From: Actinomycetes bacterium | Lineage (GTDB): Bacteria > Planctomycetota > Phycisphaerae > JAACET01 | Assembly: GCA_030614915.1 (NCBI GenBank) | Contig: JAUXAG010000006.1 | Location: 66,642 to 130,641, forward strand | DNA length: 64,000 nucleotides | Direction: 5' to 3' | Shown here: in pieces, positions 31,450 through 40,143 of the stretch | How positions within the stretch are numbered: the first letter of the stretch is position 1 | Layout of the letters: each line of letters starts with the position of its first letter | Notes under the pieces: model-generated | What the model saw: the letters and a program-made list of their open reading frames with translations, nothing else | The model's database searches: none | Told to the model about the DNA's origin: nothing | Program-made: the position numbers and the translations under genes

Positions 31450-34400
31450 ATGGTCAAACAGCAAATTATATTAAAAAACTCGACCAACAAAATAGCACTG
31501 CTGATTCTAATGTGCTTTTTCCTCTCCGGCCTGACCGGCCTAGTATACGAAATACTATGGACAAGGCTCATTATTAAGATCATCGGCGGTGCACCATTTG
31601 CCGTCAGCATCGTTCTAACCGTTTTTATGGGTGGCCTGGGTTTGGGCGCTTATCTGGCCAGTCGGATCATAGACCGTATCACCGAACAAATGAAGCTGGT
31701 AAGAATATACGGCGCATTACAACTGGCAATAGCTGCTTATGCCCTGGTGATTCCGGTGCTGCTGACGGCTTCCAAGCCGCTTTACGCAATTCTTTATAAT
31801 CGGCTTTTCAGTCATTTTATGCTTTATAACCTTCTTACCTTTGTCGGCTGCTTCATCCTGTTGTGCATCCCTGTTATTTGTATGGGAGCCACGCTGCCGG
31901 TTTTGTGCCGGTTTTACGTTACCAAACTCTCTCATCTAGGTACACATGCCGGGAGGTTATACGGATTAAATACTATCGGTGCTGCTTTAGGTGCTCTGTT
32001 GTGCGGTTTTTGGCTAATCAACCTACTGGGCGTATGGGGAACGCTAATTCTTGCAGTGCTTATTAACGGCGTTATCGGGCTGGCCTGTATCGCTGCCAGC
32101 TATAGAGTGAAGGTGGCTGACGAACTAACAAAGGCGCCACAAGAAAGCGATGTTAAACGAATCCAACAGCCGAAATACCAGGGAGTTTTGTTCGGAGCAT
32201 TGATAATCTTTGCGGTGTCGGGTTTTTGCGCTATGTCCTATGAGGTAATATGGACCAAGCTGCTGGGATTGATGCTCGGGCCTACAACCTATTCTTTCAC
32301 TATTGTACTAGTCACTTTCATTGTAGGATTGGCCTTGGGTAGTATGTTTTTCGGCTGGCTTGCGGACAAAACCGGCAGGGCTATGTGGCTTTTAATATTG
32401 ACCCAGATTATGGCAAGCTTATTTGTACTGGGGATAAGTCAACTTCTGGGAAACAGCCAATTGTTCTTTGCTAAGCTGATCTTTGTCTTTAAAGACCAGT
32501 TCGCCCTGTTAAGCGTCGTTAAAACGGTTGCTTTGTTTGCCTTTATGATTTTGCCGACATTTTGTCTTGGTGCGACCTTCCCTTTGGTCAGCAAGATATA
32601 CACTCAATCTGTTTCGAGAGTGGGAAGATCCATTGGCCTTGCATATACCATCAATACGATTGGTGCGGTTTTAGGCTCATTTTGTGCTGGTTTTCTAATT
32701 ATACCGCTTTTTGGCAAAGAGACGGGATTAAGTCTTGTTATTGGCTTACAGCTTCTTACCTCACTGGTTATCGCTGTTGTCATTTTTGCTAAAAACAGAA
32801 AAGGCCTATTAAAGTGGACATCCCTGGCGGTGCCGGCCCTGGCTGGATTAGTTCTTTGCTTTTATCTTCCGGTGTGGAACCGTCCTCTGCTTGCCCAAGG
32901 CAAATATCATCGCTTCGACCCAAATAAAAGAGGCGTAGAAAGAGTCGGCTGGCTGGAATCCCTTTTGCACGGCCCGGAAATACTGACCAAGTTAGATTTC
33001 AGCGAACTGTTATATTATGGTGATGGTATTGGCGGTTTTACCACGGTACGGAGGAGTCAAGACGCGTTTGGCAATTTTGCATATTTCATGGCAAACAGCG
33101 GAAAAGGGGATGCTTCAACACGAGGAGATATGTGTACTCAAACACTGTTAGCACATTTGCCCATGCTCTTTCACCGGAATCCAAAAACGGTTATGGTATT
33201 GGGACTGGCAAGTGGAATAACCGCCGGCGAGGTATTGCATTATCCTATCGAGCAGCTCGATGTCATCGACATCAACCGTCAGGTTGTTGCGGCAAGTGAC
33301 TTCTTTGTGCCGTGGAATAATAACGTCCTTTCCAATCCCAAAACGAATCTTATTATTCAGGATGGACGGGCGCATCTTCAGCTGACCAGACAAAAATATG
33401 ATGTGATTATTTCCGAGCCTTCTAATCCATGGATGGCCGGCCTGGCTACTCTGTTTACACGCGATTTCTTTGCCCTTGCTGAAGACAGGCTCAACGAGGG
33501 TGGCATATTTGTTCAGTGGCTCCACGCTTACCAGATGGATTGGCCCACTTTTGCCCTTGTCGGCCGGACTTTTGCACAGGTCTTTCCAAACAGCCTTTTA
33601 GTCTCGACCCGCCCCCATGGACTTGATTTCCTCATGGTCGGATTTAAAGGCAAAAACCAGTTGATTCTGGACAATGCAGAGCAAAGGCTCTTCTACACTC
33701 AGCAGTCAAAAAATGTGGTTCTCTCCGACCCAAGATTGCTATACAGGCTCATTCAATCTGAAGATCTTCAAAATCTCTTCGGCCAAGGTCCTGTTAATAC
33801 AGACAATTGGCCTCGGCTTGAATTCAGTGCACCGAGACTGATGCACCAAATGGATTCGATGGTAGAAGAAAATATCGGGGCTAAACAATGGCTCAGTCTC
33901 AGAACGAAAAATATAATCGATCAGGTCGTAACAGACGTCGATGCCCAGATTGATTTTGCTGCTTATGCTCTTTCGCTTTATATTCCATTTCATGACATGG
34001 TTGACCTTTCAAAAGCCACGCCATCACAGAAAGAGCGTTTTTTTGGGCTTATGGAGTCGTATTGTGCCAATAACTGGGTGGAATCTGGCGTGATCAAAAA
34101 CGAAGAACTACATCGCAGGTGCCGCTCGATTCAAATAGAAACCATAGACGATAAGATTGCTGTTGTACCCAATAAGGCATCTTCGTACTTTCGCCTGGCC
34201 ACTAGCTACCAAGAAATGGGAATGGTGCAAAAAGGCATATCCAATTGGTCAAAGTTACTGCAAATCAGACCTAACCAAGCCGACGCCTACAACAACCGGG
34301 GTATCGCCTACTCGAGCAAAGGCGAGTATGACTTGGCCATACAGGATTTCGACCAGGCCATCGCGTTGAATCCCAAGGACGCCAAGACCTATAACAATCG

Positions 34401-34803
34401 GGGACTCACCTACTCGAGCAAAGGCGAGTATGACTTGGCCATACGGGATTTCGACCAGGCCATCGCGTTGCATCCCGCATATGTCACGGCCTATAACAAT
34501 CGGGGTATCGCCTACGGGAACAAAGGCGAAGATGACCAAGCCATCCGCGATTTCAACAAGACCATTGAGTTGGACCCGAGCTATACCGGGGCCTATTGCA
34601 ATCGGGGACTCGCCTACGCGAGCAAAGGCGAATATGACCAAGCCATCCGCGACTTCGAAAAAGCCGTCCAATTGGCCCAGGCCGCCGGAAACGAAAAATT
34701 GGCAAAGTATATCCAGAGCCAGCTGGAGTTGTATAAGGCCAGACGGCCCCATCGCGAACTGTTTACTCCTCAAGATCGTACCAGCCCGCAACCGAAAGAA
34801 TAG
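31450..34803 (+). CDS. Fused MFS-like membrane domain / spermidine synthase-like domain protein with C-terminal TPR repeats
   Basis: N-terminal 12 or more TM helices. Central spermidine-synthase fold motifs (VMVLGLASGITAGEV...IDINRQV...YDVIISEPSNPWMAG). C-terminal TPR units, with the last ~70 aa nearly identical to gene 26777-29017. Confidence 0.75.
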   Translation: MVKQQIILKNSTNKIALLILMCFFLSGLTGLVYEILWTRLIIKIIGGAPFAVSIVLTVFMGGLGLGAYLASRIIDRITEQMKLVRIYGALQLAIAAYALVIPVLLTASKPLYAILYNRLFSHFMLYNLLTFVGCFILLCIPVICMGATLPVLCRFYVTKLSHLGTHAGRLYGLNTIGAALGALLCGFWLINLLGVWGTLILAVLINGVIGLACIAASYRVKVADELTKAPQESDVKRIQQPKYQGVLFGALIIFAVSGFCAMSYEVIWTKLLGLMLGPTTYSFTIVLVTFIVGLALGSMFFGWLADKTGRAMWLLILTQIMASLFVLGISQLLGNSQLFFAKLIFVFKDQFALLSVVKTVALFAFMILPTFCLGATFPLVSKIYTQSVSRVGRSIGLAYTINTIGAVLGSFCAGFLIIPLFGKETGLSLVIGLQLLTSLVIAVVIFAKNRKGLLKWTSLAVPALAGLVLCFYLPVWNRPLLAQGKYHRFDPNKRGVERVGWLESLLHGPEILTKLDFSELLYYGDGIGGFTTVRRSQDAFGNFAYFMANSGKGDASTRGDMCTQTLLAHLPMLFHRNPKTVMVLGLASGITAGEVLHYPIEQLDVIDINRQVVAASDFFVPWNNNVLSNPKTNLIIQDGRAHLQLTRQKYDVIISEPSNPWMAGLATLFTRDFFALAEDRLNEGGIFVQWLHAYQMDWPTFALVGRTFAQVFPNSLLVSTRPHGLDFLMVGFKGKNQLILDNAEQRLFYTQQSKNVVLSDPRLLYRLIQSEDLQNLFGQGPVNTDNWPRLEFSAPRLMHQMDSMVEENIGAKQWLSLRTKNIIDQVVTDVDAQIDFAAYALSLYIPFHDMVDLSKATPSQKERFFGLMESYCANNWVESGVIKNEELHRRCRSIQIETIDDKIAVVPNKASSYFRLATSYQEMGMVQKGISNWSKLLQIRPNQADAYNNRGIAYSSKGEYDLAIQDFDQAIALNPKDAKTYNNRGLTYSSKGEYDLAIRDFDQAIALHPAYVTAYNNRGIAYGNKGEDDQAIRDFNKTIELDPSYTGAYCNRGLAYASKGEYDQAIRDFEKAVQLAQAAGNEKLAKYIQSQLELYKARRPHRELFTPQDRTSPQPKE

Positions 34804-34860
34804 TAGGCCTCCGATGAAAAGCCGTTCGTTGATACCCGTCACGACCAGACGGTAAAAAGT
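34250..34860. repeat. Near-identical TPR-tail DNA repeat (partner roughly 28250-29080)
   Basis: Last ~200 bp of the two TPR genes plus ~55 bp beyond the stop (taggcctccgatgaa.agcc.ttcgttgatacccgtcacgaccagacgg) are more than 95% identical. Similarity fades upstream. Confidence 0.75.
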
Positions 34861-34991
34861 CCGCGGAGTTCGCGTGAATCTTCGATCCCAATCGGTTATA
34901 ATCCTTTAACTTGTCTTTTTCATGAAGTGATGACGCCCTTGTCCGATAAAATCCTTACTGAACCGCTCCCAGGCCAATAGGAAAGCAGTCG

Positions 34992-36119
34992 ATGAGTTAT
35001 TACCTTGCTCGACGAATCGTCTTGGTTCTTGTTTGTTCGTTGCCCCTCTTGCTGGCTTTTGGCTGCAGTCTGGAGCAAGGCCAATGGACCAGTTCCCGGG
35101 CCTCTCATGTTCCGGTCCTGCCTGAAGAAGCCGAGCCCTGGACTTTTGGAGCAATGGAAGGCCGGATCATCGAAACTCCTCATTATCGTATCTATACCAC
35201 CGTCCAGGACGCACTGCTGCTGGAAAAGCTGCCCATTCTCCTGGAAACCGCTTATGAGCAGTACTTGGCTTTCCTGCCCCAGGCCCAGGCCGATGAAGAG
35301 CCCCTGGTGATATATCTGTTTGGCCGCCGTTCGGAGTGGGAGACCTACACCCGCCAGAACATGGGTGCCTTGGCCGAAAGCTATTTGAAGATTCGAGCCG
35401 GAGGATATTCCCACAACGGCATCAGCGTAGCTTATCTGTTGGATCGCTACCACACCTTTGGCGTCTTGGCCCACGAAGGCTTCCATCAGTTTGCCAGCAG
35501 TCGCCTGGCTCACAGAATCCCTGCTTGGATGGAAGAGGGTTTGGCCTGCAATTTCGAGGCCCATTTTTGGAGGGCTGGAAAACCTGACTTTGCCCCAGAC
35601 CTCAATGAATTCCGCATCAAGGCCCTTCAGCAGGCCTTACGACGCGATTCGCTTTTCCCCCTCTCGGAAATCTTGGCTATGGATGCCGGCCAGGCGGTCG
35701 CCATGCCCGCCGAGAAAACCGCTACCTTTTACGCTCAGTCCTGGGCCCTGACCCGATTCTTGCAGGAGGGCCGGAGAGGCAAATATCGGCCGGCTTTTCG
35801 CCGAATGCTCAACGATGCCGCCGACGGCGCCAATCTCTACAGCCAGGCCCAGGCCGTCGAGATCTTCGAAAGTTACTTCCAGGAGGACCTCGAGACTATT
35901 GCCGATGATTTTGTCTTCTTCGCTCGTTTTCTGGCTGATCGGAAGATCGGGCCGGGCATGGAAGTCTATTTGGTCGGATCCGGCCAGACCAGAACGACCG
36001 CAAGGATCACCGCTGAGCAGATCGAGCAGACCAAAGCGGACCGCGTCGGCACGCCGGCTGAGCCCGATGCACTGATCATCAGAATCGAAGAACAGTCGCA
36101 AAGCGACAAGCCGAACTAA
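34992..36119 (+). CDS. Lipoprotein with HExxH motif (DUF1570-like putative metallopeptidase)
   Basis: Lipobox LLLAFGC. HEGFHQF zinc-binding-like motif. DUF1570 name is from memory of Planctomycete proteins. Confidence 0.5.
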   Translation: MSYYLARRIVLVLVCSLPLLLAFGCSLEQGQWTSSRASHVPVLPEEAEPWTFGAMEGRIIETPHYRIYTTVQDALLLEKLPILLETAYEQYLAFLPQAQADEEPLVIYLFGRRSEWETYTRQNMGALAESYLKIRAGGYSHNGISVAYLLDRYHTFGVLAHEGFHQFASSRLAHRIPAWMEEGLACNFEAHFWRAGKPDFAPDLNEFRIKALQQALRRDSLFPLSEILAMDAGQAVAMPAEKTATFYAQSWALTRFLQEGRRGKYRPAFRRMLNDAADGANLYSQAQAVEIFESYFQEDLETIADDFVFFARFLADRKIGPGMEVYLVGSGQTRTTARITAEQIEQTKADRVGTPAEPDALIIRIEEQSQSDKPN

Positions 36120-36255
36120 CGCCCCAGACCCCACCCCAGCGGTCTATAAGTCAACTCACACAAAAGAGCTCTTATAGGCCCTTGACCGCTATAGCTAACC
36201 CGCTCGATCTGTCCCGGCGGGAAAAAACTGTAGTTTTGCCTTCTGAAAAAGGCAA

Positions 36256-36284
36256 TTGACCCGCCGAGGAACTTCCTGTATATT
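36256..36284 (+). promoter_or_regulatory. Sigma70-like promoter (TTGACC-N17-TATATT) for rplM-rpsI
   Basis: ttgacc cgccgaggaacttcctg tatatt, about 50 nt upstream of the rplM start. Confidence 0.4.
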
Positions 36285-36334
36285 CCAGGTTTCCAAGATC
36301 GGGCTTTCCTGGCCTGTTGCTGACGGAGCCGACC

Positions 36335-36766
36335 GTGAAGACGTATTTGGCAAAGAAAAACGAGATTACCGCCGATTGGTATTGTGTCGATGCCACCGGT
36401 CAGGCCCTGGGACGCTTGGCCGCCCAGGTAGCCAGGCTCCTGATGGGCAAGCATAAGCCCATCTATACGCCGAACGTGGACTGCGGAGACTTTGTCGTCA
36501 TAACCAATGCCAGCCAGGTAAGGCTCACGGGAAACAAAGCCCAGACCAAGACTTACGAGCGTTACAGCTACCATCCCGGCGGGCGTAAAGTTATACCCTT
36601 TGCCACCATGATCCAGCGGCATCCTGATCGGGTCATCCGCCATGCCGTAAGGCGTATGATGCCCAAGAACAAGTTGGCCAGGCAGATGCTCAGCAAGCTC
36701 AAGGTTTATGACGGACCCGAACATCCTCATGCCGCTCAGAAACCCAAACCTTTCAAGCTGCACTAA
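36335..36766 (+). CDS. rplM: 50S ribosomal protein L13
   Basis: Near-collinear with E. coli L13 (…DWYVVDA.GQ.LGRLA…GKHKP.YTP..D.GD.VV..NA..V..TGNK...K.Y…KLKVY.G.EH.H.AQ.P). GTG start chosen to match L13 length. Track ORF starts at 36317. Confidence 0.9.
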   Translation: MKTYLAKKNEITADWYCVDATGQALGRLAAQVARLLMGKHKPIYTPNVDCGDFVVITNASQVRLTGNKAQTKTYERYSYHPGGRKVIPFATMIQRHPDRVIRHAVRRMMPKNKLARQMLSKLKVYDGPEHPHAAQKPKPFKLH

Positions 36767-36811
36767 CTGGCTCCGAACCCGTAGTTTCAGAAAACTGTAT
36801 GGAGAATAATC

Positions 36812-37258
36812 TTGCCTGCACAAACCGAACAATCTGCCAAAGACAGCCCTGATGCCCAGACTAAAAAGCCCAAGCAGTACACTTGGGGGCTGGGCAGGCG
36901 AAAAACTGCCGTGGCACGTGTTCGCATTGCCCCCGGACAGGGGAATATCCAGATTAACCGTCGGGACGTCGACACCTATTTTACTGAGGAGCAGGACCGC
37001 AATGCCGTTCGCGCCCCTTTGGTCGCCACTAATTGCCAGACTCACTTTGACATCTGGGCTAACGTCCGCGGTGGCGGGCCCACCGGCCAGGCTGGTGCCG
37101 TGCTCCTGGGCATATCCCGAGCCCTGATCAAAGTCGAGCCCGAATTTGAGTCCATCCTCCGGGCCGGCGGCTACCTCACTCGCGACCCACGCATGGTCGA
37201 GCGAAAAAAGTACGGACAAAAGGGAGCCCGCAAGAGATTCCAGTTCTCCAAACGCTGA
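36812..37258 (+). CDS. rpsI: 30S ribosomal protein S9
   Basis: C-terminus RKKYGQKGARKRFQFSKR. Short basic N-terminal extension. Confidence 0.9.
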   Translation: MPAQTEQSAKDSPDAQTKKPKQYTWGLGRRKTAVARVRIAPGQGNIQINRRDVDTYFTEEQDRNAVRAPLVATNCQTHFDIWANVRGGGPTGQAGAVLLGISRALIKVEPEFESILRAGGYLTRDPRMVERKKYGQKGARKRFQFSKR

Positions 37259-37284
37259 CCGCTTGGTCTACCTTGTTATTCAAA

Positions 37285-37320
37285 GGCTCCGGGCGGCCAA
37301 GCTCCCCGGAGCCCTTTTTC
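37285..37320 (+). terminator. Rho-independent terminator after rpsI
   Basis: ggctccggg cggccaagctc cccggagcc followed by cttttt. Confidence 0.6.
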
Positions 37321-37383
37321 TAGCCCGCATATCTCAAAGGCTGTCTGAAATATTAGGGCCAAACCTCGAATCGGAGCATCGTC

Positions 37384-38409
37384 ATGATTAAGGTCGGCAT
37401 CATTGGTGCCACCGGATATGGTGGCCGGGAAACCATACGCATCTTGCTCGGCCATCCCCAGGTGCGCATTGTCCTGCTCGCAGCGGACCCATCTTTTACC
37501 GGCCAGCGCATCGATCAGGTCTATCCCGAATTTCGCAGCCGGATTGACCTCCCCTGCCTGGATGTGGACGAAGCCAAATTTGCCAAAGAGTGCGATGTAG
37601 TCTTTTTGGCCACTCCCGACGGCCTGGCCATCAAATTTGCTCCCGCCCTCTTAGCCGGCGGGGCCAAGGTTATCGACTATGCCGCCGACTTTCGCTTTCA
37701 GGACGTCAAATTGTACGAGCAGCACTACCCCATAAAGCACACTCAGCCGGATCTGCTCAAAGACGCTGTCTACGGCCTGCCCGAGTTCAATGCCCATCGC
37801 ATTGCCCAGACTTCGCTCGTCGCCAATCCCGGATGTTTCCCCACCGCTGTGGTCCTCGGCGCCGCTCCCTTGTTCAAAAATGCTTTGATTGAGGACAATT
37901 TCATAATCGCCAATTGTCTCACCGGCGCCAGCGGAGCAGGGCGAAAAGCTCTTCTGCCCATGATCCTCCCCGAACTCGCCGCTAACGTTCAGCCCTACAA
38001 GGTTGCTTCTCATCGACATCAACCGGAGATGGCCGAGGTCCTCCAGGCCATCACTTCATCCGCAGCCAGTGTGTGTTTTATTCCTCAGCTGATCCCCGTC
38101 GAGCGCGGCATTATCGCCACGATTACCGCTCGCCTGGCCAAACCGATTTCTCTCGAAGACTTGGTAGATATCTACAACGGCATTTACAGCCAAGCCCCCT
38201 TCGTCCGCATCGGCGCCGCAGGTGAGCTGCCCGAACTCAAGCAAGTTCTTGGCTCGAACTTCTGCGATATCAACCTTGCTCTGGACAATGAGTCCCGCAC
38301 GGTGATCGTCTTTTCCTGCATCGATAATTTGGTCAAGGGCCTTGCCGGCCAAGCCGTGCAGAATATGAACATAATGTTTGACCTGCCTCAAACCACAGGA
38401 CTGCTCTAA
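37384..38409 (+). CDS. argC: N-acetyl-gamma-glutamyl-phosphate reductase
   Basis: VGIIGATGYGG Rossmann motif and active-site ANPGCFPT. Confidence 0.9.
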   Translation: MIKVGIIGATGYGGRETIRILLGHPQVRIVLLAADPSFTGQRIDQVYPEFRSRIDLPCLDVDEAKFAKECDVVFLATPDGLAIKFAPALLAGGAKVIDYAADFRFQDVKLYEQHYPIKHTQPDLLKDAVYGLPEFNAHRIAQTSLVANPGCFPTAVVLGAAPLFKNALIEDNFIIANCLTGASGAGRKALLPMILPELAANVQPYKVASHRHQPEMAEVLQAITSSAASVCFIPQLIPVERGIIATITARLAKPISLEDLVDIYNGIYSQAPFVRIGAAGELPELKQVLGSNFCDINLALDNESRTVIVFSCIDNLVKGLAGQAVQNMNIMFDLPQTTGLL

Positions 38410-38410
38410 G

Positions 38411-39619
38411 ATGACCAGCAACACCAACAAAACCATCACCGCTCCAATGGGTTTTCGAGCCGGTTGTGCTTCTTGCGGACTAAAGGCCGGCAACGCTTTG
38501 GATATTGCCGTCCTCACCTGTGATCACCCCGCTGCAACTGCTGGTGTTTTTACCACCAATAAGGTCTTCGCTGCACCGGTAGCCCTTTGCCGGGAGCGTC
38601 TTGTTGGTGGCCGAGCCCAGGCCTTGGTGGTCAATGCCGGTAACGCCAATGCTTGTACCGGACCGGCCGGACTGCGCGACGCCAAAACCATGACCTCCCG
38701 GCTGGCCCGATCCTTGAATCTCCAGCCCCAAAACGTGCTCGTCGCTTCAACCGGTATAATTGGACATCGTTTGCCCATGACTAAGATTCGCGCCGGCATC
38801 GACGCTGCCGTCGACAATCTCAGCAGTTCCGCCCGGGCCGGCCGCAACTTCGCCCGGGCTATTATGACCACCGACCGCTCTGCCAAGATGGCTTTCCAGC
38901 AAATCAAAATCGGCCGTTCTCTGGTCCGCATTGCCGGTGTCGCCAAGGGGGCCGGCATGATTGCTCCCAACATGGCCACCATGCTTTGCTTTATTACCAC
39001 CGATGCGGCAATTTCCTTACCCCTGCTTAGCTGCTTGCTCAAACGCTCCGTCGACACCTCCTTCAATACCATCACCGTGGACAATCACATGTCCACCAAC
39101 GACACAGCCATCGTCATGGCCTCGGGCTTGGCCGCCAACACCACTTTGAAAACCACAGCCTCAGCCGCCAAGTTCGCCAAGGCTCTGGATGAAGTCTGTT
39201 TGGATCTTGCCTTGCAGATGGTCTCCGACGGCGAAGGTGCCACCAAGCGCATGGACGTTAGAGTCCGCGGAGCACGCAGCTTGGCCGATGCCCGCACCGC
39301 CGCCTTTGCCATAGCCAACAGTCCTTTGGTTAAGTGCGCCCTGTTCGGCGGAGATCCTAATTGGGGCCGGATTGTTTACGCCGTCGGCTCTTGCGGTGTT
39401 GATTGCAATCAGGGGCGAATCGACTGCAAGATCGGACCCATATTTGTCTTTCGCAAAGGTAAGCCAGTGGCCGCTGACACCCGCCGCTTAGCCAAAATCA
39501 TGGCCGCCAAAATCGTCGAGTTCACCGTGGACCTGCACATGGGCCGAAGCCAGTTTACTTGCTACGGCTGCGACCTGACCTATGACTACGTCCGCATCAA
39601 CGCCGAATACCACACTTAG
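38411..39619 (+). CDS. argJ: Bifunctional glutamate N-acetyltransferase / amino-acid acetyltransferase
   Basis: TAPMGFRAG N-terminus and the autocatalytic cleavage-site region ATMLCFITTDA. ATG taken 2 nt after the argC stop. Confidence 0.9.
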   Translation: MTSNTNKTITAPMGFRAGCASCGLKAGNALDIAVLTCDHPAATAGVFTTNKVFAAPVALCRERLVGGRAQALVVNAGNANACTGPAGLRDAKTMTSRLARSLNLQPQNVLVASTGIIGHRLPMTKIRAGIDAAVDNLSSSARAGRNFARAIMTTDRSAKMAFQQIKIGRSLVRIAGVAKGAGMIAPNMATMLCFITTDAAISLPLLSCLLKRSVDTSFNTITVDNHMSTNDTAIVMASGLAANTTLKTTASAAKFAKALDEVCLDLALQMVSDGEGATKRMDVRVRGARSLADARTAAFAIANSPLVKCALFGGDPNWGRIVYAVGSCGVDCNQGRIDCKIGPIFVFRKGKPVAADTRRLAKIMAAKIVEFTVDLHMGRSQFTCYGCDLTYDYVRINAEYHT

Positions 39620-39700
39620 AGCCTATCCGGCTCTTTTGTGCCTTGTCCGCAAAGCTCAAATCAGGTAGAAAGAATACCCCGGCCTGTGGAGGAATCGGCT

Positions 39701-40045
39701 ATGAAAGACTGCCTGTTCTGCAAGATAGCCTCGGGCGAGATCCCCTCGACGAAGGTCCACGAGGACGAGCAGTTCGTGGCCTTCAGGGACATCAACCCCC
39801 AGGCCCCCACCCACATCTTGATAATTCCCCGCCGCCACATCGAGCGGCTCACGGATTTGGGCCCGGACCAGGCGGAGCTCATCGGCCAAATGACCTTGCT
39901 CGCCAACAACATCGCCCAGAACGAAGACATCGTCGCCGGCGGCTTCCGCACCGTGTTCAATTGCGGCGAAGGTGCCGGCCAATCGGTCTGGCACATCCAT
40001 ATGCACCTGCTCGGTGGCCGCCCCATGCGCTGGCCCCCAGGATAA
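39701..40045 (+). CDS. HIT-family (histidine triad) hydrolase
   Basis: CLFCKI...; HIHMHLLGG histidine triad. Start at internal ATG (MKDCLFCKI). Confidence 0.85.
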   Translation: MKDCLFCKIASGEIPSTKVHEDEQFVAFRDINPQAPTHILIIPRRHIERLTDLGPDQAELIGQMTLLANNIAQNEDIVAGGFRTVFNCGEGAGQSVWHIHMHLLGGRPMRWPPG

Positions 40046-40052
40046 AGGAAGA

Positions 40053-40130
40053 CTTGAGGCGTAAGGCCGAGACTTGAGTAGACTAGGCCCTGCCGTTTTT
40101 ACCTCAAGCCTCAGGCCTCAAGCCTCAGGC
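40053..40130. repeat. REP-like palindromic intergenic element (CTTGAGGCGTAAGGC … 2x CCTCAAGCCTCAGGC)
   Basis: Same motif family at 9993-10023 and 20679-20751. Arms are mutually complementary (cttgaggc / gcctcaag). Confidence 0.6.
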
Positions 40131-40143
40131 CTAATTACTAACT

